NCBI RefSeq assembly: GCF_006345805.1
Contig: NC_043013.1
Location: 22,940,001 to 23,004,000, forward strand
Direction of reading: 5' to 3'
Source: Octopus sinensis
Lineage: Eukaryota
DNA: 64,000 nt
Part shown: one piece after another, positions 41,018 to 53,996 of the stretch
How the letters are laid out: every line of letters begins with the position of its first letter
Numbering within the stretch: the stretch's first letter is position 1
Position numbers and translations under genes: made by a program
Notes under the pieces: model-generated
What the model was told of the DNA's origin: nothing
Databases searched by the model: none
What the model saw: the letters and a program-made list of their open reading frames with translations, nothing else

Positions 41018-42534
41018 TGGTCTCAAATTTTGATACAAGGCCAGCAGTTTTGGTGGGAGGCGGAAACCAATCGCACCGACCTTCAGTGCTCAACTGGTAC
41101 TTAAAGATGAAAGACAAAGTCGACCTCAGCGGAATTTGAACTCAGAACTTAACGACGGACGAAATGCCGCTAAGCATTTTGTCCGGCATGCCAACGATTC
41201 TGCCAGCTTGCCGCCTAACTCCTAATGGGTTTAGAAGCAATGTGTATAGGTGGGGAAGATACACAGTTGCTGGTGACGATTCCAACAAGAATCGAAACAT
41301 ACACACAGCTGTTCCCTCTCTTTTTCTGTCCAAGAACATTGTACAAAAAAATGTTCAGAAACGTCGTAACGCAGAATATTGTCTAAAACAAACACCTACA
41401 GATATTTTTTTTATAATAAAATGAAAAACCATTCTGTGTACTTGTTTTTGTTGCTTGGTTGTCGTTGTTGTTTATTTCGTATACGATTAAAAATGTTTGA
41501 GCCACAATCAATCCAAAATTGAAAACATCCAAAACTCCATCCTTTTATATGTCTTTCAGTAAATGAAAGTGTAGGGAGTGGTTTGAGGGAAATTCTGGCT
41601 TCTATTTTTAGCTATGTAGAGTCCTCCTTTTGGCACGTGTTTACACATTACTTGAGACTTGATGTCTCTCTCTCTCTAGTTCCTCTGTCCCAATACACAC
41701 AGACAAATCCGTTCTTTTCCGCAAATTCCGAAGCAGTCCACCACTGGATTCTGTCCCATGATGTCTAACTGCGGCTAATGTAGAACGGAAAAATCCGAAA
41801 GAAAAATCTTCGATTCTATAATAAAACTTTGATTATAAAAGCTGAAATTTGAAGGGAGAGGGTTAGTGAATACCAGAGATTCCAATACATGACTGGTACT
41901 TTATTTTATCGACCCTAAAAGGATGAAAAATAAAGTTGACTTCGGCGGGGTGTGAACTCAGAATGTAAAGTATAATAACAAGGACTGCAATGCATTTAGA
42001 CCGATGCTCTACCGATTCTGCTAAACTGCCGCCATTACAAATTCACTTAATAATAACAGTAATGGTTTCAAATTTTGTCACAAGGCCAGCAATTTCAGTG
42101 GGGAAGGGCATGAGTTGATTACATCGGCCACAGAAGTCAACTTGTACTTTATTTATCAACCCCGAAAGAATACAAGGCAAAGTCTACCTCGGCGGCATTT
42201 GAAGTCGGAAAGTGAAGACGGACGAAATGCCGCTAAGCATTTCGTCCGGATGCAAATGATTCTGCCAGTTCGTTGCCTTAATAATAATAATGATAACAAT
42301 AATAATAATAATAATCTTTTCTACTGGAAGCACAAGGCCTGAAATTTGGGGGAAGGATTAAGTCGATTACATCGACCCCAGTGCGTAACTGGTACTTATT
42401 TAATCAAGCCCGAAAGGATGAAAGGTAAAGTCGACCTCGGCAGAATTTGAACTTAGAACATAGCAACGGGCGAAATACCGCCAAGCATTTCGTGTAACGA
42501 TTCTGCCAGCTCGCCGCCTTAATAATAATAATAA

Positions 42535-42599
<65 letters not shown>

Positions 42600-42646
42600 A
42601 TAATAATAATAATAGTAGTAGTGGTAGTAGTAATAATAATAATAAT

Positions 42647-42688
<42 letters not shown>

Positions 42689-42800
42689 TTCTTCTATAGG
42701 CACAAGGCCTGAAACTTGGGTGAGGGGGCTAGTCGATTTCATCGATCCCAGTGTATAATTGGTATTTATTTCATCGATTCCGAAAGAATGACAGGCAAAA
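41018..42800 (-). mobile_element. Cluster of five same-orientation SINE family A copies (~41018-41216, 41840-42033, 42062-42278, 42315-42519, 42688-42800)
   Basis: Repeated reverse-complement head, core and tail motifs; the last four are separated by AAT/TAG-rich tracts. Confidence 0.8.
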
Positions 42801-42911
42801 GTGACGCCAAATTGTAAGCTGAGTTGGACAAAAAGTATTTGTAAATGAAAACAGTGATAGAAATGTTGTATCTAAAGTGCACATCACTCGTACAAAGCAT
42901 CGATCTACGAT

Positions 42912-42973
<62 letters not shown>

Positions 42974-43621
42974 ACACACATGCTAAATACAGATGTATTA
43001 CGTAAGGAGTTGTTAACGAAAAACATTCATTTAACAACTGAAACGAACATCGCCGAAAGGAAAGTTCGAGTCAGGAACAGAGAGAAAAAATCGAGAAAAT
43101 GAAATGTTCTATTTATTTTGTTCTTGTAGAACATTGAATTGCAAAGCCAATAAAAGAGAGGAGGAGGAGGTGGAGAGAAGGGAGAGACTGGGAAGAAACG
43201 GTGGGAGAGATGAAGAGAAAGCAGAAAAGAGAGAAAGTGAGCGGGAGAGAAAAACGAGGAAAGAAGTTTAAGAACAAGCAGTAAGCGGTAAGGCACAGAA
43301 ATGCACGCACGTACACGCAGATCTGTGGACGTGTGTGCATGTAGTTATCTATGAACATGTATATATATATATGAGTATATGTGTGTAAATGTATACATGC
43401 ATGTGAGTATCTATCTGTGTGTGTGTGAGTGTGTACTCTTTATATATGTCTATATATATATATATATACGTTTGCATACACACAAATACACACACACATA
43501 TATGTTATATGCTTATATGCTTATATGTTTTTGCGTCTGAGCCTGGATATATCTATATATATCTACGTTTACTTGTTTGTATGTATGCATATATATATAT
43601 ATTATATATATATATACATAG

Positions 43622-43688
<67 letters not shown>

Positions 43689-43712
43689 GCACACACACAC
43701 ACTCAGAAACAT

Positions 43713-43747
<35 letters not shown>

Positions 43748-43784
43748 TAGATAGATAGATAGACAGACAAATAGATAGATAGAC

Positions 43785-43881
<97 letters not shown>

Positions 43882-44523
43882 TACATGCGCGCGCATACAT
43901 TTACTCATGTATAACTTCGGAAATTACGCAAGTGTGTGCGCGATCGAACATGTTTGGCAACCAAAGACATAGGCACAGACCGACGCATGTGGATCGGAGC
44001 CTTCATAGCCTGGAGCGAAACACGTGAGACGGCAGCATGTTTAGTTTCGACACTTTTGGAAAGAAATTTCAGAACGAAAGAAAGACGAAAGAGAAAAAAC
44101 GGGGACGAGTAATTGAAGAACGAATTCGAAGAGAAAAACGCAAAACAGCTATGAAACCCCTCGATGGCGCTTTTGATGTTGAAAAGCATTAAAGCGAAAC
44201 TACATGGTGATAATCAAAGTGGTTCTGTCGGTCTATGTGTGCGCACGTGTGTGTGTGTGTGTGTGTCCATAGTAATCTCCTTCAGGCGATACATAAGCGA
44301 ATGATTTTTTTTTTTTTGCCCGGAGGAAGGCAAGTAGAGGGAAACTTTTAATGGCGTCAAAAGGAATAAACGATTTCGAAAGGAAAAATTATTTCAACTC
44401 CATGAATTGGAAGACTTTTTCTCTTTCGTTTCAACATCCAAATACTGTATATCTGTGTTTGTATATGTAATGTATTTATGTATGTATATGTGTGTATATA
44501 TCCATGTATGTATGCATGCATGC

Positions 44524-44559
<36 letters not shown>

Positions 44560-44616
44560 AACATATGGTAAAATTATAAACAGGGCAAATTTTAGCCATT
44601 TTTCTGTAGACTGAAA

Positions 44617-45770
44617 ATAAGTACCAGTTACGCACTGGGGTCGATATAATCTCTGTGTTTAGCTCCTTGTGGGTAGTACAGAAATAGGTATTTCGTCTGC
44701 CGCTACGTTCTGAGTTCAAATTCCGCCGAGGTTGACTTTGCCTTTCATCATTTCGGGGTCGATTAAATAAGAACCAGTTACGCACTGGGGTCGATAAAAT
44801 CGACTTAATCCGTTTGTCTGTACTTGTTTGTCCTCTCTGTGTTTAGCTCCTTGTGGGTAGTAAAGAAATAGATATTTCGTCTGCCGCTACGTTCTGAGTT
44901 CAAATTCCGCCTAGGTCGACTTTGCCTTTCATCATTTCGGGGTCGATTAAATAAGTACCAGTTACGCACTGTGGTCGATATAATCGACTTAATTCGTTTG
45001 TCTGTCCTTGTTTGTCCTCTCTGTGATTAGCTCCTTGTGGGTAGTAAAGAAATAGGTATTTCGTCTGCCGCTACGTTCTGAGTTCAAATTCCGCCGAGGT
45101 CGACTTTGCCTTTCATCACTTCGGGGTCGATTAAATAAGTACTAGTTACGCACTGGGGTCGATAAAATCGACTAATCCGTTTGTCTGTACTTGTTTGTCC
45201 TCTCTGTGTTTAGCTCCTTGTGGGTAGTAAAGAAATAGATATTTCGTCTGCCGCTACGTTCTGAGTTCAAATTCCGCCTAGGTCGACTTTGCCTTTCATC
45301 ATTTCGGGGTCGATTAAATAAGTACCAGTTACGCACTGTGGTCGATATAATCGACTTAATTCGTTTGTCTGTCCTTGTTTGTCCCTCTGTGATTAGCTCC
45401 TTGTGGTAGTAAAGAAATAGGTATTTCGTCTGCCGCTACGTTCTGAGTTCAAATTCCGCCGAGGTCGACTTTGCCTTTCATCACTTCGGGGTCGATTAAA
45501 TAAGTACTAGTTACGCACTGGGGTCGATAAAATCGACTAATCCGTTTGTCTGTACTTGTTTGTCCTCTCTGTGTTTAGCTCCTTGTGGGCAGTAAAGAAA
45601 TAGGTATTTCGTCTGTCTTTACATTCTGTGTTCAAATTCCGCCGAGGTTGACTTTGCTTGTCATCCTTTCGGGGCCGATAAATTAAGTACCAGTTGTGTA
45701 CTGGGGTCGAGCTAATCGACTGGCCCTTCCCCTAAAATTTCGAGCCTTGTGCCTAGAGTAGAAAAGTATA
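44617..45770 (+). repeat. Tandem array of ~183-bp SINE family A body units
   Basis: Unit starts at 44687, 44871, 45055, 45238, 45420 and 45603. Confidence 0.95.
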
Positions 45771-46007
45771 TTAAATTATTGAGAGGTTTTCCCTACACAC
45801 ATACACACACACACACACTCACACACACACACACACACACACTCAAATACATGGATGAGCCTTCGTCTATTTTAAAGATAAATATTTGGATAGTACGTAT
45901 GTGGCTGAGTACACCGAAGACACGTCTACTCTTAATGTAATTCTCGGACAACAAGATCCTAGTCTGGCATTGAAACTAGAAAAAGAATAAGAGGATGCTT
46001 ATACATC

Positions 46008-46392
46008 AGGCGTAGACGCTTTGCAATCATGTAGTTCCGGGTTCAGTCCTACTGCGTGACAGTTAGAGCAAGTGTCTTCTTATATAACCCAGGGCCAACC
46101 AATAACTTGCGAGTAAAGTTGGTAAACGGAAAATGTATGGAAGCCTGTAGTATATGCGTGTATATATGTGTGTATTTGCATTTGTCTCCGCCACCACCAC
46201 CAACACAATTTCTTGACAACCAGTGTTGGTTTACTTACATCACAGTGACCCAGCAGTTCGGCTAAAGAGTACGATGGAATAAGTAGTAGCCTTTTAAAAA
46301 AGTACTGAGGTTAATTTGTTCGACTAAAGCCTTCGAGACATTTCCCCGGCATGGCCGTAGTCCAATGATTGAAACAAGCAGAAAGTTAAAGG
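46008..46392 (+). mobile_element. Diverged SINE family C copy
   Basis: GTTCCGGGTTCAGTCC B-box, GCAAGTGTCTTCT, TTGACAACC, GCATGGCCGTAG..TGAAACAAG tail. Confidence 0.7.
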
Positions 46393-46686
46393 TCACACAC
46401 ACACACACCACACACACACACATATGCATACATGCACTCACGCATTAATCTAGATGGACATAGAATGACACACTTTGAATTAAAACACAAACACACACAC
46501 ATACGCATAAACATAGACCTAAATACACGTACACACACACACACACACATGTTTACACTAGCATATCAGCTTATTCCGTTTGAATAAACAAGGTTTCCCA
46601 TAGATTTCTCTCTCTCTCACTTTCTCACCTTCGCCTTACACACACACACACACACACACACGAACACACACACACACACACACACG

Positions 46687-46721
<35 letters not shown>

Positions 46722-47204
46722 TGCCATTCAATCAAAACATGTTTGGATTGATTGAATAAAGAACGGCTTCTTTAGCATGGACGACAACTTTTAATGGCAT
46801 CATTAACGCCACCTGGTGATTGCATAAGTCATGAGGCGCAAGAGAAGAGAAACACGTTCGTCTCAAGAAAAGTTATGTTCCGCTCTTTCACGGGTGACAA
46901 ATTACGTTTGTCTTTCAATCAGTCGTTCATTCCTTTCTTCACTCTTTCGATCATTTTTCCTTCATTCGCTTATTCATTCCATTCGTCCACCTAAACATCC
47001 TTCCTTACTATCATTTATTTATGCATCCTTTCACTTAATTATTTACAACCCGGTTGTTCTCTTTCAATATGGCGACGGTTTTCGGAAATCCATCGGCGGC
47101 AATAAATATACGGTTGAGTGTCCTTCTTCCGTCATTGACTGCGCTTTCTCGGGATGATTATTATAAGGCTAGTGGAGGCGGTAGTGTGGTGGTGAAGGTG
47201 TTTG

Positions 47205-47264
47205 TATCGTTGACGATGTTGTTGACGATGTTGTTGATGATGATGATGATGATGGTGATGATGG

Positions 47265-47323
<59 letters not shown>

Positions 47324-47336
47324 ATGGTGATGATGA

Positions 47337-47370
<34 letters not shown>

Positions 47371-47400
47371 GGTGGTGGTGGTGGTAGTGGTGATGATGAT
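47205..47400. repeat. (GAT)/(GGT) trinucleotide microsatellite
   Basis: Directly visible. Confidence 0.95.
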
Positions 47401-49498
47401 ACATCTCTGTCTGTCCATCCGTCTATTCCAGCTATTCATCTGTCCATTCATTTAACGGCGTCTTAAGTATCTATTTAACAAACTATTCAACTTAAACATC
47501 AACCACGATATTGATAAAAGTTATTGTTTATCAAATGAGAATATATTTTATTAATTGCTACGTCAGTCAATATTTTGTGTTATTTGATATGAAGTTAGCT
47601 TTAATCGCCCGATAATCCACCTGTTCATCTGTCCAGTCAACGATCGATATAGCAGTTTATCATTTTAACCACCCAATTATTTATTCATCGAACTGTCAAT
47701 TTGTTTACTGTCCAACCAGTAATTACTCAGGTATAATACTTACGACCGATAATCTCGATGGAACCCGGAATTACAATGGCCCAATTGCTTTTAAACCACC
47801 ACTGCTATCAAACAAAGATCTGGTTACCTTGACTCATAAAAAAGATAATACTTATCCATTCGTCCATATTTATCTAGCCATCAAGCAAATATCCATACGA
47901 TTCTTTGATAGTCCATTCATTTATTTAACAAAATAAATAACATTTATCAAACCACCGAGCCAGGGATCGAATTATCTGTCAACGCATCAATTCTTCGAAC
48001 CATCCATCGATACATCCAACCGTCCATGTCACCATCCGTCCATCGAACCATCCATTCACGCATCCGTCAAACTATCCATACAAACAACCTTCCAACCATT
48101 TATACCAGCAGCCATCAAGCCTCCCATCAAATCCACCATCCATCCATCCAACCATTCATACATTCAACGAAAAACCAATCACTCTTCTAGTCTCGTATCC
48201 AATTTAAGATGCTATTGATCTCTCCATTGAACTATCATCCATTTCAGCTACAACACATGCGTATCTAACTGGACCTTAAAAACCCAGTCTCACTACACAG
48301 TCTATCAACCATCCGACCATCCAACCATTGACAACACATGCGGCATATATAATTGAACATTCAAAACTGATCAGGCTACCCAGCCAACCCCTCATCCATC
48401 CTTGCTACCCAACCCCTCCGCCCTCCCAACCAGCCAACCATTGACAACACACATGAACATTTATAACTGGACATTAAGAAAAGTGATTTGATCGATCTAT
48501 AAAAGTTCAAAGCATTTGGCTGAGATTTTAATTTCCGGTGACTGACATAACCCCGAAATGGAAAGTTAATGTTCGGAGTTCAATTTCAAAGAAGATACCA
48601 GTTAATGGGATAAAAATCTCATACCGTTTCTCTGGAATGTTCCTAGTGTTGTGCTGTGCGGGCAAAAGTTAAACAGGTTCTTATGATGAAAAGAAGAAAA
48701 CTGCGGAGCAACGAAAAGCAACAATAAAAGAACAGAAATGAAATATAAGAGAGAAAATATGGGAGAAAAAATATAAGAGAAAAAATACGATATTAAACCA
48801 GAAGATGGAAACGTGGCGGAAATCGTATCTGACAAAATGAAATATAAAAACTGAAGCCATGCGTTCATGTTGCATTTACGATGAGGGCGATGACGATTAG
48901 GATGAGAGGATGATGATGATGATCATCATCATCATCATGGTAATGATGACAACGATAATGACAATGATGATGACGACGACGACGATTTGAGAAGGGGAGG
49001 ATTTCTGATAATAACAGAGCATAAAAACATTATTAAATAACTAGGATGAATGACGAGGGAAACATTACAAATTGAACGACAAACATGGCGCTCTTGTACG
49101 ATATACAATGGAGAAGATGACATATAAAAGGGAATTAAAGAAATGACTATGTTAATAGATTTCGTTTTTGGATTTGGTTTGCAAGATTCTTTATGTGAGT
49201 TCGTGTGTTGAAGCATATTCTGTTGTGTCTGAGGAGAGTCATTCTCTTTTGATGTCTTATAATTTAATACATTCAACTTAAATTTCCGTTGTGTCTTGCA
49301 ACTTTTTCAATAGTTTTGAAAAGGTTGCAAAACGCAACGAAAATATTAGAAGAATAAAATAAGAAATAAGGGGAAATTTGACCGGTGAGTGTGTTAAATT
49401 ATTATGCACCAAAAGGGAATGACTCTCCCCAGACACAACAGAATATGATAATATATGAATTTTGAAAATACGCTCGTATGTATGATACATGCTTACCT

Positions 49499-49594
<96 letters not shown>

Positions 49595-49940
49595 GTGTTC
49601 CTCGTCGACGCCCAGATTCTGCCTGAGAACGTCGTCGCATCTCCCCTCCACTGATCCTCTATACAACGCCTTTGTTGTGATGAAGTCGCAGAGGTTTGGT
49701 CCCAGGCGGCAGAGTTGCTTGAGAGCAAGACGGCACTTGGGCTGCCATTCGCCTAGCTTCGGTCTCTGTTTGATCCACGACTGTAGTTTGGCCAAAGAGA
49801 CGAGCTGCGGGAAAGCGCGCCGCACAAACGGCGACCACACCTGTTCACCGTCGTCTATGAAGCACCGGAGATGTCGCAGTCTCAGCACAGGTCTGCGCAT
49901 CATCTACCACGGTATGCTAAATGGAGGATTGGGCATGCCA
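49595..49940 (-). mobile_element. Probable Tx1/L1-clade LINE ORF2 post-RT fragment
   Basis: GC-rich island; GMP...W*MMRRPVLRLRHLR...VWSPFV...KALYRG resembles the GGLGxP...W...LY segment that follows L1/Tx1 RT. Family recalled, not aligned. Confidence 0.5.
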
Positions 49941-50157
49941 GAGAGAGATAAATAGATCGATAGAGAGAGAGAGAAAAGAGAGAGAGAGAGATAGGTAGAC
50001 AGACAGACATACAGACAGACGGACGGACGGACGGACGGACGGACGTATGGATGGATGAGTTGAGTGAGGGTGTGTATTTATACACACCACGTACACCGAG
50101 ATACACAAACACACCCGACACAAACGCGCGCGCACACACACATATTTATATGTATAT

Positions 50158-50237
<80 letters not shown>

Positions 50238-50241
50238 GTAT

Positions 50242-50305
<64 letters not shown>

Positions 50306-50443
50306 TCGACATGCACACACGTATGTACATATCTTCTGGTTGTGTAGGAAGGTATCTGCACCTAAGAAAATCAAAATAATGTAACTCCAACTAAATGAGT
50401 TGACTGCTTTATTCTGTCGTTTGTTTATATAAATTATGAGTGA

Positions 50444-50480
<37 letters not shown>

Positions 50481-50644
50481 AGCGCGTGTGTGTATGTGTG
50501 TATGTGTGTGTGTGTGCATAATGGCAAGGTACGTATAAAGAAAATAGGCGTGCCTGTGGAAAATAAGAAGCTGAAAAAGAGTCTCTTCTCCGTCTCTCGA
50601 CCTGCTTGCAATAGCAGCGAAATCCTTCCTCTTATTACTCAACC

Positions 50645-50875
50645 TATTTCTTTATTACCCACAAGGGGCTAAACATAGAGGGGACAAACATGGACAGACA
50701 TAGGTATTAAGTCGATTATATCGACCCCAGTGATTAACTGGTACTTAATTTATCGACCCCGAAAGGATGAAAGGCAAAGTCGACCTCGGCGGAATTTGAA
50801 CTCACAACGTAACGGCAGCCGAAATACAGCTAAGCATTTCGCCCGACGTGCTAACGATTCTGCCAGCTCGCCGCC
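50645..50875 (-). mobile_element. SINE family A monomer with 13-bp TSD
   Basis: TSD TTATTACTCAACC at 50632-50644 and 50876-50888; same tail variant as the multimer units. Confidence 0.9.
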
Positions 50876-51428
50876 TTATTACTCAACCGTCTGAAATAAG
50901 GGGAAGGCCCATTAAACAATAGTGTTTTACAGGCACCTACAAATTGCGGATAGCCTTGAGCGAAAAGCATCGGATCATAGGTCAGCTCTTCCTGGTTCGG
51001 CTTGCAACTACACAACAACCACAACAACGACATCAAGTGTTTCTTTTTTTTAATATTAAATACTTTTACCCGTAAATGCATTGGACATATTTTACTCCTT
51101 CGCCGTGAATATTTTTCGTAGGATGATGGGGTGGTGGGTGAGAAGACTTTGTTTTTTTTTTTTTTTCTTTTCTTGCAGGAAGTTTTGGTTTGTGGTGAGG
51201 CCAAGATCGCGATTCGATGACGTCATCTTTACTTTTATGTTTCATTTTCTATTTTAAATTAATTTTAATTATCGATGCTGAAAAAATATCAAAACTTATT
51301 ACTTGTGGTCATTTTAGGAGCCCAAAAATGTTGCTTCCGTATGGTCTATAAATTCTGAGAATTGAATTTTTCGAGTCTACACTTACTGCTGCTGCTGCTG
51401 CTGCTGTTGTTGTTGGTCGTGTTGTTGG

Positions 51429-51459
<31 letters not shown>

Positions 51460-51460
51460 G

Positions 51461-51675
51461 AGGCAGCGAGCTGGCAGAATCGTTACCTCGCCGAGCAAAG
51501 TGCTTGGCGGCATTTCGTTCAGTTTGTACCGACGTCGATTTTGCCTTTCAACCCTTGGAGGGGGGGATCGATAAAATAAGTACCAGACAAACTCTGGGGT
51601 CGATAAAATCAACGCCACAACCCCCCACCCCACCCCACCCGAAATTGCTGGCTTTGTTCCAAAATTTAAAACCAT
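51461..51675 (+). mobile_element. SINE family A, diverged copy
   Basis: GGCAGCGAGCTGGCAGAA head, GCCTTTCA core, standard tail. Confidence 0.75.
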
Positions 51676-52049
51676 TATTGCTGTTGCTTTTGTTTAGCCA
51701 CTGTCTATTTTGTTCCAGCAGACCATTCCATTGTCCATTCAAGCATAATGCATCTAGGGCTACATTATCTAATGTGCCTTCTTTACTTTATAACATGATA
51801 GAGTTTAATTGTTTTTCAACTACTGCTACTACTCTTGATTATGTGTCGGACACAATTACCAACGCACAACATTGGTCACACAATACAATGTATGGCGTAT
51901 TGCTCTATCAAAGTGATTTGCAAAATTAATAACTGTTTCAGATCTTGACTTCAAGTCAACAACTTCAGGACAAAGGGATGAGCCGGTTACAGCGGTCCCT
52001 ATCTTTAATTGAAAAGGGGATGAATCGGTTCAACTAGTCCCTACTTTTG

Positions 52050-52379
52050 TCGACTTTGAAAGGATAAAACGCAAAACTGGCCAGGGTGAATTTTGAACTC
52101 AGAATGTAAGGAGCCGGAAGAAGCATTCTGTCCGATTTGCTAATATTTCTACCAGTTTTGCCGCCTTAAGTAATCCTTTCTTCTAAAAGCCTGAAATTTG
52201 GGGGAGGGGTTAAGTTGATTACATTGACCCCAGTACCTAACTGGTACTTATTTCATTGACCCCGAAAGGATGAATGTCAAAGTCAACCTCGGCGGAATTT
52301 AAACACGAAACATAAAAACGAACGAAATGCCGCTAAGCATTTTGTTCGGTGTGCTAGCATTTCTTCTGGCTCACCGCCT
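52050..52379 (-). mobile_element. Two adjacent SINE family A copies
   Basis: Reverse-complement core and head motifs ending at about 52166 and 52379. Confidence 0.7.
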
Positions 52380-52715
52380 AATAATGCCACAGGTTGTAAC
52401 GAAATTGTAAGAAATTGCAGTCTGAAGAGTTCTTAAGACACAAACAGCAAAACAAAAAGTACATTCATTGAGGGTTCACGGTTGAAGTATTTTGTTTGAA
52501 GAAGTCAAACGCAAACCAACATCAGAGCGTGGCATTTGACCGGATCTTTATTTTACCGACTCCGCAAAGAAAGGGCAAAGTTGATCATGCCGGGATTTGA
52601 ACTCTAAATGTTAAGGATTGTTACTAAATATTGTAAGGCATTTAGCGATTTTGCCAATGTATCGCTGGCTTACGATTGTCTTTCGCTTTAGTGAAATAAT
52701 ACACATACACACTCA

Positions 52716-52759
<44 letters not shown>

Positions 52760-52848
52760 CAGATGCACACATGCACACGCATGCATGCACACACACAAAT
52801 GCATAAAAGCCAAATATCCAAAATTAATGACTCTTTTAAATGGTATTT

Positions 52849-53228
52849 GGATGGAATGGAAGCACTCCATCGGTTACGACGACGAGGGTTCCGGTTGATC
52901 CGATCAATGGAACAGCCTGCTCGTGAAATTAACGTCTAAGTGGCTAAGCACTCCACAGACACGTGCACCCTTAACGTAGTTCTCGGGGATATTCAGAGAG
53001 TGACAAGGCCGGCCCTTTGAAATACAGGTACAACAGAAACAGGAAGTAAGAGTGAGAGAAAGTTGTGGTGAAAGAGTACAGCAGGGATCACCACCATCCC
53101 TGCCGGAGCCTCGTGGAGCTTTAGGTGTTTTCGCTCAATAAACACTCACAACGCCCGGTCAGGGAATCGAAACCGCGACCCTACGACAGCGAGTCCGCTG
53201 CCCTAACCACTGGGCCATTGCGCCTCCC
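52849..53228 (-). mobile_element. Full-length SINE family B with 10-bp TSD and TTCCA-type tail
   Basis: TSD AATGGTATTT at 52839-52848 and 53229-53238; near-identical to 14313-14698. Confidence 0.92.
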
Positions 53229-53965
53229 AATGGTATTTATTTAGTCAGAGAAGACTGGATCATAACGAGAGCTTGACCTCTCATCACACCATTGCCTGAT
53301 TAATCTAATCCACCACGAATCAGTGATTATCAATAGTGGACCAAGGTTTTCCTACTGTATCGCCGACACGTCTCACTAAACACAATGTTACAACTCAACA
53401 CTTTACCTGCATTTAGCCGTCTGCTAATGCTACTAAGCCAGACATGGTTTTGGAAATCCTCAATTTTTCTTGATCTGAATCTGCCTTCCTTAAAAATTAA
53501 TGTAGTACTTTTCCAATGCCTATGTCTTCTCTTAATCTATCTAGAGATTGTAATGGTTATTTCTTCACTCAGTCGCCGTTCGATACATTTGGTCGGCGCA
53601 GTAAAATCTCAACAGCTGTGATGTACCCAAGTAGAAAGAAGACGAACGTTTGAGAATTCCGTTCTGAGATGCTTATCAATTCTTAACTACTGACCTTTCC
53701 TCATTAAATCTAGTTTGAAGCTTCTGTATTGTAGAGAGATCCAACATCTTAAACAGGACTAAAACTTGCTGCCTTGCCATTTTAATTAGATATTAGCGAA
53801 GAAAGGACAAGTGGAACGAAGACATGCTAGGAAGAAACGAAGACCAGCGGAGAAGAGCGCGGATAATGAGCTGATGCAGAAATGTTGCCGTTAGCTGTTA
53901 TAAGCATATTTGTCAAAGCATAACTAAAAAGATCAGCCATGCTTTAAAAGTGTTGAATGGAGGTA

Positions 53966-53996
<31 letters not shown>

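Noticed and set aside
44617-45770. CRISPR-like regular repeat array
   Set aside because: Units are ~183 bp and contiguous, with no unique spacers and no cas genes; they are SINE bodies.
47990-48470. C/A-rich biased tract with short direct repeats
   Set aside because: Consistent with a decayed (CCAT)n/(CCAA)n microsatellite.
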